A DNA stretch of 64,000 nucleotides from Lingula anatina (Eukaryota; Animalia; Brachiopoda). Where the stretch lies: contig CM120647.1 in NCBI GenBank assembly GCA_051362555.1, forward strand, positions 6,572,001 to 6,636,000, in the 5' to 3' direction. Below are positions 13,026 to 24,259 of the stretch, one piece after another. The position numbers and the translations under genes were made by a program. Every line of letters begins with the position of its first letter. The stretch's first letter is position 1. Under the pieces are notes generated by a model. That model ran no database searches. It saw only the letters and a list, made by a program, of their open reading frames with translations, and had not been told where the DNA came from.

Positions 13026-13176
13026 ATGTACTTTGTGTTTTTCATCGTCGCGAGTGCACTTGTGAGTGCTACATCAGCTTGCAGTTGTTGGGTAGATTAT
13101 CCTCCCGTACCAGGGAAACCGATTTCTCCGTACGGACCAAACGGGGACAGGTATTGCAAAGGAAATTACGACTTTG
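13026..13176 (+). CDS. TIMP: Single-domain TIMP, exon 1 (signal peptide and CSC mature N-terminus)
   Basis: MYFVFFIVASALVSATSA|CSC...RYCKGNYDF; donor G|gtgagt; 151 nt, phase 1. Confidence 0.88.
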
Positions 13177-13199
13177 GTGAGTTGATTGCAGCTTTTACT

Positions 13200-13914
13200 G
13201 TTTATTTCACTGTATTTCAGGCCTAAAGGCCAAGAGTACATCGATTGAGTTCTATTTACAATAATACTGAGTTGACTACACTGGAATATATATCATAAAC
13301 GACACAAATCACTTATCTAAAAAAAAAAAACATCTCTTAATTTCTCAGCATGATATATGAAGGCCGCATGTCTTTTTATAAAGTCAACATTATGTGATGA
13401 CATAGCAGTCGCTAGTGACAATGTTGTAATCTCGGGAATATAGCGTTCCCTCAGACCGTTATATAAACTACATGACATTAACACGTGTTCCTCATTCTCG
13501 ATAATTGTTATGCCATCAGAAAGGCATGCAGCACATACTCTATTTTCCTCATCTACACTAGCATACCGACCCTTCTCAACCTGTAAATTGTGGTTTGATA
13601 TTCTGAACTTGCAATAGGCCCTTCTATGCTCTGCTATGGACACAAAAGATAAGTATTCCTCAAATACCAAATATCCTTAGCTTGCCTGATTCGCGTACTG
13701 AGGAATACCAATTCTGCCTGCTTATATCCATTAATCGTTGTCTAAACTGTTTTGTAAAAAGTTCCACAATTCCACATCCTTGGTTTTCCCATACTACTCC
13801 AAATCCATATGAATATAAAAGATGCTTGATGTTACTCGCCCATGTTTGCCTTCCACTACTATCTAACTGTAACTTGTATCTTTTACTATAACCTTTCTGT
13901 TGTAAAGATGGCAT
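13200..13914 (-). mobile_element. 5'-truncated non-LTR retrotransposon fragment (C-terminus of ORF2 and 3' UTR; RTEX/CR1/L2-type) in TIMP intron 1
   Basis: Two overlapping frames broken near 13665: TWASNIKHLLYSYGFGVVWENQ...KQFRQRLMD...GKLR and CKFRISNHNLQVEKGRY...RVCAAC...ENEEHVLMSCSLY (post-RT zinc-binding region); 3' ggcct-tt-aggcc hairpin then aataaa near 13200. Confidence 0.85.
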
Positions 13915-14140
13915 TAAAACGTGATGACGTTAAAAATACATGGTCACGAAGAGATTTCGCAAATTTTAGTCATGGTTGTAGGTTTTAAATTTTGAAATAC
14001 TTTCTTCTTGTGTACATTTAAATTTCTTGTTTGTTAACAGTTCCGTGCTTATTTTACTTTTTTTTTTTTATTCGCCCGCAATAAATAAGAACTAACAAGT
14101 CACAAAACAACCCACGATTTAGAAAGATGGTCAACAAAAT

Positions 14141-14173
14141 CATGGACCTAATGAGAGATTTATTAGGTCCATG
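14141..14173. mobile_element. 33-bp P-element-like mini-element
   Basis: Perfect 12-bp TIR CATGGACCTAAT / ATTAGGTCCATG, 9-nt interior, flanking 7-bp direct repeat ACAAAAT (14134-14140, 14174-14180). Confidence 0.65.
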
Positions 14174-14213
14174 ACAAAATTGAATAAGATTGCTTAAATC
14201 TATTTATTTCCAG

Positions 14214-14353
14214 TTATCAAAGGTTATGTAGTAAACTCCAAAGAACACGTGAAGTATACAGAGTTCTCCGGCGCGGATGATGAGGTGTCGTTCCGTCTTC
14301 CGGCGCCCGGATCCTACTTGGAATACGACGTCCACGTTCACAAAGTGTACAAG
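14214..14353 (+). CDS. TIMP: Single-domain TIMP, exon 2
   Basis: Acceptor tttatttccag|TT, donor AAG|gtacag; 140 nt, phase 1-0. VIKGYVV...EYDVHVHKVYK matches the TIMP VIRAK...Y.IK..KM.K strands. Not in the ORF track. Confidence 0.85.
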
Positions 14354-14833
14354 GTACAGTAATAGATGTTCTTTTTTGTTCTTTTTCTTTTCAGCTTTAT
14401 ACCATTTTTAAAATTAAGTCAAAGGTGTTATTTTCCTGGAAATTAAAACAATTTTCTCGTTATCACAAAGGTTGGTTTTCTATTAGGGCAAAATGTTAGT
14501 TTATACTACCCTCTACCAGGGCCACAGATTGACTTTTCACAGAATATTCACAGATGTCTTTAGATAAATAGACGGACATTTTACTATCTTTTCCCATTTT
14601 CCCCTATATAATCTGCCACTCTGCTAGAGGGTAATTTTATACAGTGTAGCCGGTACACTCTACAACCAAGTTACACAGTCTATACCAGGTTTCCATGATT
14701 ATACCTGGTCTTGTATTAAGGACATGTGCTTGAAATTTCCTATTTCAAACCTCTTTAATCCTGAAACGATGTCACCTTCCCGTTATAGAGGGAGAAAAAG
14801 AAAACTTTGGTTCACTTTTTTTTCATTTTCCAG

Positions 14834-14939
14834 GCATCCCCACAGTTTCCTACTGAACAGTTTGTGCGGATAGTTAGCCCAGTGACCGGTATGTCCTGCG
14901 ACTTTGAATTGGGGACAGATGTCGAATACTTGTTGAGAG
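14834..14939 (+). CDS. TIMP: Single-domain TIMP, exon 3
   Basis: Acceptor cattttccag|GCA, donor AGAG|gtacgt; 106 nt, phase 0-1. IVSPVTGMSCDFELGTDVEYLLRG matches TIMP IYT....S.CG..L....EYLI.G. Confidence 0.85.
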
Positions 14940-15310
14940 GTACGTTGAAAAAAAAACTCACTCTCTCGACCCTTGCTCTGTTTTCTTATGTTTTTTCCTC
15001 CTTGCTCTCTTCTATGACGGTTTCTATTTTTAAACCTATCTTCCGTGTACTACTGCTCTTTTTTCGTGCTATCGTTCTCGCTCCCGCTCTCTCTCACCCA
15101 CGACGCGCATGCGCACATACAGACACGCGGACATTTCTCACGCACTCACAAAACCCAAACAAAACTTACAAATAAGTTTCAATATGTTTTTTTTTTCAAA
15201 ATAAAAAGAAAGAAAAAAGAAAGGAAAATATTTTTAAAAAAGAAGAAAAACGAAAACGTATGATAAAAAAAAAAGCATAATGAAAGCAATCTCGTTTCAT
15301 TTTTTCCTAG

Positions 15311-15459
15311 GAACTATATCCATCAAGGGTGATAAACTCCAGTTGAACTTGGCCGGTTTTTGCGACTACGGAGGGGTGTTCAGCAGTCAGGACAAACAGA
15401 TGAAATATCTAGAAGACATTGGCTGTCAGCAGAATATCATTCCCCCTTTGAACAAGTGA
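15311..15459 (+). CDS. TIMP: Single-domain TIMP, exon 4 (terminal)
   Basis: Acceptor ttttcctag|GA; GTISIKGDKLQLNLAGFCDY...YLEDIGCQQNIIPPLNK, TGA at 15457-15459; supplies Cys 5 and 6 of the NTR fold. Confidence 0.82.
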
Positions 15460-15467
15460 ACCTGTTA

Positions 15468-15698
15468 AGCCCCCCTTACACTGGACGGCGTCCTTTCTGC
15501 ATCCTTTGTGCCACCATGAAAACTGGCATCGCTGTGGGCCGAAGAAAGGAGACACAAGCATCGCTGTGGTTGCAGAATGAATTCTTGAAATGATCGACCA
15601 GTTGTCGGCACGTGAAGTATTATTGTTTTTTTTTTTCACTTCCAAACGGGGCAGTGGTATGGGACACAGAAAGGACGCCGTCCATTCTAAAGGGGGCT
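15468..15698. mobile_element. PIF/Harbinger-like MITE family B copy 3, 8 nt after the TIMP stop codon
   Basis: agccccccttacactggacggcgtcctttctg ... cagaaaggacgccgtccattctaaagggggct. Confidence 0.85.
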
Positions 15699-17760
15699 GT
15701 AGAGACAGTACTCGTATAAGTACTGTCAGCTTCATAGAAATATCATTTATTCTTGTAGCACGGGTGGGGTACGTTAGGTTCGAAAAAAGTCCATTTTATG
15801 TATGGAAAATGTCCATTTTTGCAACTCAGAATTATTTCTTTATGGACAATTGTACTTCCAAATAAAATCAGAATGCAGAAAGGGGAATGATGCGATTTGA
15901 CTAGATTTATTTCGTCCATGGAATCTTTTTGTTCCTATTTAACATAATCACCTCCACGGATTTAAATCCTTAAAAAGAAAAATAAGAAAAAGTAGAAGTT
16001 AAATGAGGACACAAAAAACGCTTAATACTGAACTTGGAAAGAAAACATTGTTTTTTTCTGTATATGCTAATTGGTTATTTTTTTTTCACGCGGAATGCGA
16101 TAGGTGTGACTAGAAAACCTAACACAATCTTCAATAACTGGGGTCATAGCGCTAAGGGGGGGTCCTTTGAAGGACTGTTTGTAGGATTTGATCTTCTAAT
16201 CTCGAATCGTTCCTCCTTGATCTTTTTTAATAGCATCAATATTGTCTCAGAAAACTGCCAAATCCCTTTTCAATGTAGGGCATTGTCGCTGTTTGAGCGG
16301 AGAGAAGGGTGAGCAATCCCTTGATTTTACGAAAAGATGACCTTTAAAATTGTAAAGTTGTGAGCTAGTTTGTGTTTGGATTAAGTAAGAATGAAGACCA
16401 GTAAATCCTGAAAATAATATGGTTGTCATAAAATACTTTTTTTCGATTTTTTTTTTTTTTTTGCAAATATGCTCTGTAATAAATACCGTTAATTTTTTCT
16501 CGCTTTTTATTTGTTTTTGTCCTTAAAGTGCACGAAAAAAGTACATGGTAAACACAATAAAAACCACGAGCATAGGCGCTCACAGGTATAATGTCACTCT
16601 CGTATGCTAGGACAACAGACGCTAGGAAACGCGTCTTATATATATTTTTTATTTATTGCACAAGCGTTCTTAATATTCTTATTTACCGAATTATTGTAAA
16701 GACTATCGCTTTGATCCTGTTCTTCATGTATTAATAAGAAAAAAAAATATGTAGGGAAGAGGGAGTGTTAAAGTAATTGAAATTGCAATCAATAAGGTTC
16801 ACTAAGCTTATTATAAACATCTCCTTTCAGACCTGTATAATAAGCTCTTATTTTCGACAAAGAGTGAGACATACGGCAATACCTAATTGTAAACACCCTT
16901 TGTTGTTGCAGAATTCTAAACACGCGCACTTCAGCAATACACAATGTAGGTCATTGTAAGCTAATACTAATTCTGCATTACACCAGAACTTCCTCCACCG
17001 AAGCGTATTATTTCATTTCCATTTAAATAATTAACCCCCTGACTAACCTGATTGTGAAACGGCATTTCCCATACATAATTTACTGTCGATATTATATAAG
17101 GAACCCACAGCTTGGTACCTGGAGTTCCGCAAGTTTCTATAGTTTTGAAGTATAATCGATATGATTGTGGTTTACAGTATGCTGTTGGTATGCACCAGCA
17201 GCTTTAAAATAGGGGCGGCTGGCTTACACAGAGAGAAATAAAAATTTCTGAGAGGCATTTCACGTTATTCTGATATGAATTAGGGTACTTGGGTACTGGT
17301 CATGTTAGGGACGCGGCTAATTTCGCCTACCTTTTCTTTCAGTAGCAACTATTATATCGGTGGTGCGACGTCACAATGACGTCATAATGACGTCGCAGTG
17401 TCGTTGTGTGCCCGCTGCAGCAGGATGCGATCCTCATACGATTCCGGTATATTTGATGTCAGTCTCTCGTGTTTCGCACTTACATTGTTCGTCAAACAAT
17501 TCAGACACTTTTTAAGGAATATACCATTTGTAATCTTCAACATATTTACCATCATTGAGGATATCGCACCTTATTTTCTTATTTGTATTTTTTTTTTTTG
17601 CGGGGGGGGGGGGGGGGGCGGGTAGGGGAAGGACAAAAGCAAATGTTAAATGAAAAGGCTGGTAGAAGGGTATGAGCCTACCCAGGCCCCCCACCCCCAC
17701 CCCTCCACCTCCGCCTCCCATCTAAAGCAGATGGTAAACATTCGTGTAGGTGTGGCGCAT

Positions 17761-17936
17761 CAGGCGTGACAGGAATAGTAGCCCGCTCTAGGAACCGTAA
17801 TCCGTTCCCCATTACTTTGTACAGGCGACATCCGCGCTATATACTAACCCCAATACTCAGACTAACCCTAATCTGTACTATAATCATATAGGACCCCGGA
17901 CTTCCATTCCAAGGACTACCATTCCTGTCACACCAG
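17761..17936. mobile_element. MITE family A copy 2
   Basis: ggcgtgacaggaatagtag ... ctaccattcctgtcacacc; body aligns with the copy at 2768. Confidence 0.8.
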
Positions 17937-18643
17937 TTGGCATTCGTTTGAACGACGCAAACCCGGTCAAAATTCGACCAATTTTCTGATCTGACCTAAT
18001 TAGCTTTCTGATCACAATTCTAATTACAATTCTATTCAGATCTGAAATTAACTGGATTTTGATCTGACTGCGGTATTCATTTAAATGAAACTGGATATCT
18101 AGAAAACCTGATCACGGAAAATAGTATACGATGGTTTTCCCGAGCAGGATATTAAAATTGTTAGTACGGCGTCAGCCATGTCTAAATCAATCAAGGACAT
18201 CCCCCACAGTTGAATTTAAAATTTAAGGCAAAGTGCAGTGGGGAATAAATAATCACGTTCTATTTTTCTCGATTTGAATGCAGTGGGTCTTCACTAAAAA
18301 ATTTGATACAAGTATTGCGAACGCATTAAAAATATTTTACTTAAAAACATTGTACAGGTGAAGAAAATGTGTCATTCATGCTCGTTGGTTTTTTGAGCAT
18401 ATAAAAAAACAAAGGAATCTGTGAAAATTCTGTGGTGGTTAAATGTGAAATTGAATAAAGAAGAGTGACTTAATCACAGCAGTGAAACGCTGATTTCCCC
18501 GAGCGCTCAGTTTACAGAGAATTAATCGTTGTTCCTGTCTCATTACAGGGTTAAAACACCTGGGTTTTAATATGTATTTGTGTTCAGGGACAGCTTTAAG
18601 GATAACCCACCCTCATACCCCCTTTTCTTATCCTAAGAAATAA

Positions 18644-18690
<47 letters not shown>

Positions 18691-19035
18691 AAATTCGTAC
18701 TCATCTCTCGATCCTTACATAAGAGTGAGGAAATTCTGAGTCGAAAAAAATTTTGTTCAGATTTAAGATCATGTATTACCGGGATTGCGACCGCTTGGAG
18801 CACGAATTTTTGCCCATTTTTACTCCGGACCCCATCAAAGTTGGGGTACTGAGAATATTCCACAGTCAACATCAAATCCATACATTCATACAGTATGGTA
18901 AACTTCGAATATTGCATCATTTTGTTTTGTGACAAATTAGTGGGAGTGAGGCAGAATTCATGCTCTGAATAATAGCAAGACTCGTGTTAAAAGAGCTTTA
19001 GGCAAATTTCATCCCAACCAAAATAAATAAGCAAA

Positions 19036-19068
<33 letters not shown>

Positions 19069-19270
19069 ATTGACAGTAGAGGAGGGGGACTTCCTTTTGG
19101 ATATCCTGCAGGCAAGGCAATGAACTTGTTACATTTAAGCTCTCTCTCTCCCTTCTGTTTTCATTACTTCTTCTGATAGAAGTTTATCTACCGGTGTCTG
19201 TCTGTACATAATGTAATAAATGCTGCTTTATATATGTCGAATATGTTGTCAAAGTTGTGAATGAACGCAT

Positions 19271-19329
<59 letters not shown>

Positions 19330-21443
19330 GAATAAAACTGAGGCAAATTTGAAAGGGAGGGAGGAAGAGGGACATAAATATTTCGAAAAAAAATTAACAT
19401 GAATATAATAGAAAAAAAAGCACTAAAATACCAAACATGTAGTAAATATAACCCACCGCTATGCGCGTCACCCCAACTCAATCAGCCCCTGCAAAAATAA
19501 TAACTCAAGCTTCGAGTAGATTACACCATTACAGACTGGTCGAGGCTTCGCCGCACGCCTAACAGAGAAATCGATAACATGTTCATATATCCATCCATTC
19601 CCACAAGTTAAGTAGGCGACCCGTATTGCCTGCGCAAGCTGGGTTGAAATCTGTCCATTTTAGCGCATCGTTGTTTGAAAGCTACTGCAGCACTATAGCA
19701 CTAGTATTGGCCTACACTTAATACACCGTGTATCATTTCTAGAGAACGCTATGCAGGTGATTAACTAGACGGCTGCAGCGTGTTGTTTCTGTATTATCTC
19801 GCAAGCGTGGACCTCAAATGGATACTCTGGCCTTGATGGTATAATAGGTGACTTTATTTTGGTTTGGAGGATGTACAGGAGGGAAGAAATAACCCTTGGA
19901 TCCGCGTGTGCGTAGGGTGTAAGAGGCCATCGTATCGGACACACGTTTGGCGTGTCGTACGTGTGTGTGTGTGTGTGTGTGTGTACGTACTTGGACCGCC
20001 CTGCCAGCTGTACACATAACACGGACAAAGGACGAGAGAGATTATATTCACGATTATTTATCTACGGTGTGATTCTACGGTAGAAACTAGGAATATCAAG
20101 CAGCGCGTGGACCGACTCCTACGTGTGGATTTATGTTCAGCTGCGGTGAAGGATCCATTCCGAGGAATGGGAGTGTACTAAAAATAGACCCCACCGGTCT
20201 ACCTTATGGCAGCCATCTGTCATTTACACTCCCGGTGTAGACCTAACCATCAAACAGACGTCTTCCGACGGCAGCAGACGACACTGGAACGCTTCGCGAT
20301 GTGTAGCAGACGACACCCCGCTAGGTGAGGCTTAATCACAGGAAATTTCATTGAAACGTTAACCGTATATATCGCCAGCTTAGCACATGTAATTATTGAG
20401 TTGTACCGGGCGCATGGACACAAAGAGCTACAGTATTGGCTCTGTACACATAAACCAAGGAGCGCTACCGATTTCATAAAGGAGGGCATTATTCCAGGAA
20501 ATTTCATAGAAGCGATAACCATATTTTGTCTACTGTCAGCTATTATTGAATTTCCCCCAACTCGCCAGCCGAGGAGAGTATACTGCGGTCTATGTGTATT
20601 TCCAAGGAATACGGGCTCGGTTAGATCATGGGTATAAATTCCGAGAAATACCACAAAAGAGATACCCTCATCACGTCTTCCATGCCATTCCATTGAGTCG
20701 CCTTCATCACCAATATAGCACAGTATAATATTGTAGTTTGTGTGCACGGAAATAGCGTTATCGGACGTAAAGGGTAAAACAGCTAAAGCGGCTATAGCTG
20801 CTCACACTACAAGGTCGATACGCCAATTTGTAATATTTTATATGAAAATATTAGCTGCCTCGATGAAGGGAATCCTCGTGCTATTCTGATAGGTCGGCTA
20901 CCGGAAAAACCTCTCGCTTCTCAGTGCGTTCATGTGATTCATCTCTAACCTATGATCTCCGAATTACAGGTGATTAAAAAAAAAAAAAAATAAAATATCG
21001 ATGCGAAAATGATTAAATAGGGTCTATGTCTAACGTGTTATTGCTGCATGGAGGCATTTTGCTAAATCAAGTATGCAAATGTAATGATCTATTTTTAGCC
21101 GTAACCTCACTGAAGCAAGTTGAAATAACCATCAACAGAAGCAGACGATTAGTGTGAGAAAGAATAGAGGAAAGTGCGTCTGCTTCGGTGTTAGAAGCAA
21201 GCTGGGATACTCCTGTAAATACATAACCTGCTATTCAAAAACATCATCGTCTGTCAATTCAAGACGAAACCACCAGCAGCAGACGATATAAGTACGACAC
21301 AAAGGAAGCGACTATCGTCTGCTCAAAAAATGAATTCAAGCCAGAAGGAGCAGGTGTAGTTTGGAAAGAAAGGCACTTCTGGTTGATTCAAGTTGTCGTC
21401 TGCGCGAGGTAGATAAGACAAAGGTCACATGGTGCGAATTTAG

Positions 21444-21797
<354 letters not shown>

Positions 21798-22273
21798 TAG
21801 GGAGCTTAGAGCCCTGACATAAGCGAGCGCATTGTATCGAAGACCCTTGACTCTGTTTAGGGCTTAGGTTCTGTTATCCAACTTTACTCATGTATAAACG
21901 GCCGCTGGGATTAAGCATGCTTCTCTTTGCTCCAACGGGCGTGCTATATCCTGCACTAGTATTTAATATTAACCGATGATGCGAAGAAGTACAATAATAC
22001 AGGAAGGATATTTTAGCACGAGCTTTGAGTTATGCCTGGATCATATATCGGCTTATGTAGATACAGTCGGTGTTCAGATATAGATAGATATGGGGTTGGT
22101 ATGAGTATTTGTATGGAAGATACCGCATTTCTCTTTCGCTTGATTAATCGCCTGGTATTATTTGGTTATGGACTAGAAATATACATCTGTTTTTGCATCT
22201 ATAGACGAAATGCATGCTCGGGGTGTCGATGAACTTGAGGGATTATTTAGCTCGAGTGGGGAATGTTTCTGAG

Positions 22274-22309
<36 letters not shown>

Positions 22310-22333
22310 GTTCGAGTGAAGAATATAGTTAAG

Positions 22334-22368
<35 letters not shown>

Positions 22369-22698
22369 GTAAAGTACGTACTACAAGTAACTGATTACTT
22401 GTAACATTACCACAGTGTACCACTGCCTTGCGTCACAAGTCCGTCAGCGTAGGCGTATAGTGGACTTATTACTGGCTTTTCATCTTCTCTCCGACAAGAT
22501 ATTGATCTATTATAAGAAATGCACTCCATATGAGTACATGTACGTACGCACAAGAAACACGCCTGCACGTGCAAAAACACGCGCATAAACACGCATTGTT
22601 TTAATCTCCTGTGCGTTAGCGTAATAATTATATCGACCCGTAAGATGGTTCATCAACAGTTGCACCCTTTTTTTTTGGCGAGGTTGCAAGGATTCAAA

Positions 22699-22707
22699 AC
22701 ACACACA

Positions 22708-22750
<43 letters not shown>

Positions 22751-22835
22751 GCACACGTATACACACATATACAGGTACACACACGCACATATACAGACAA
22801 CAAACGCGCTCGCACATACACATGCAGGAACACAC

Positions 22836-22876
<41 letters not shown>

Positions 22877-22880
22877 CACA
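22699..22880. repeat. Compound (CA)n/(CT)n microsatellite
   Basis: Interrupted CA and CT runs. Confidence 0.9.
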
Positions 22881-23235
22881 AACATCAACACGACCACGCA
22901 AACAAACGTTTGTCATAGATATCGAAAGCAAACAGACCCGGCTTGTATTGTTGTATCTTCAGCCGTCCTGTTACATTTAATTAGAGAGGGCAAATAACAG
23001 CAGAATAGTCCCATTATCCTCTGAACTCGCTCGACCTAAACACCTTGCAATAGATCGAATACTACAAGTCATTATCGTCTGAATAATTTATACGCATCGC
23101 AATTACTTGTATACTAACATTATTGACATTGTTGTGTTACACGTGTGCGATTTGCAGCGGATTACATCTTTGTTTCATTTTTATCGTTACCTGTGGCTTG
23201 TTTCTGATTATTATGGGTTTTTTACTCGTTGATGC

Positions 23236-23278
<43 letters not shown>

Positions 23279-23922
23279 GATGCAGTTGTCTTCCTTTTGA
23301 TAACCTTGACATCATTCTAAAATTGCGAAAAAGAGCCTCATTCCGAAGTTATGAATTAATAATGCAATTTATTAATCGGGAAATGCACTTTCCGGCCACT
23401 GATAATTGTAATTAGTCTTGGATGCTTGGAGACTATAACTGAGGCATCCATTTATCTGGAACGCTTAGATTAGAAATAAGTTGGAATGACGTATTTTGCC
23501 AAATTTGGGATCAACTTGTCTCTCTTTAGATGATCAAAATAGCGGTCTTTTCGTTCTTATGTGCATGCATATGGTTTACGTCTTGTTTGTAAGCTACCCC
23601 CCATTCCCACCTCTTTTATGTGGTGGGTGTGGTCGCCTCTCTCCCCTTGCGAAGAATCGTTCACTTACGGTTCTCAACCTATTCTATAATAGGTGGGTTT
23701 TTTTTTTTACAGTTTTAATGTTGTTCTGTAATGAATGTAACAGTTTGAGAACTGTTTTTGGGAAGTCCTTTAGAATGTCTTAGAACAGACAAAGAACATT
23801 CTTCATTAAATAAGAAAAAAAACACTATATTCTAGGACAGATTGAGAACAATAAGTGAGCATTAAATGAGACAAATTTTCACAGGGTTCACAACTGACTT
23901 GTGGAATATTAACGACATTTAA

Positions 23923-24259
23923 AGGGATAATAACTCTTCGTATGAAATCTATATTTCACAATAAAAACATTGTGAACAACTCATAGAAATATAATATATT
24001 CTGTTGTACAAGAAAAACGGCAGTTATAGCTGTTATTCTGATATTTGAGCTTGCCTTTAGACCACGTGACCTCCACTGATGGCTATACTCTGTTATAATC
24101 TCTTAAGAAATTATAACAAAAAACAAACTTTTTAGAAAAAAACAGGGACTAACTTTGAATGTAAAAATGGATTCATTTACCATTGATAAGTACGGGAAAA
24201 TTGTTGTTTACTCCAGGAAAATTCATTTTTTTTGGCCAAAAAGAAGAGTTATTATCCCT
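23923..24259. mobile_element. Kolobok-like MITE (TTAA target)
   Basis: Perfect 17-bp TIR agggataataactcttc / gaagagttattatccct; TTAA on both sides. Confidence 0.85.

Noticed and set aside
20250-20747. 165-aa minus-strand ORF upstream of the channel
   Set aside because: No homology recognised; lies in a likely regulatory region.
11700-21400. Synapsin host gene around the TIMP
   Set aside because: No synapsin-like exon seen; the flanking genes are CILP-like and KCNK-like.
22510-22980. ORFs rich in CV/HT dipeptides
   Set aside because: Translations of CA/CT microsatellites.
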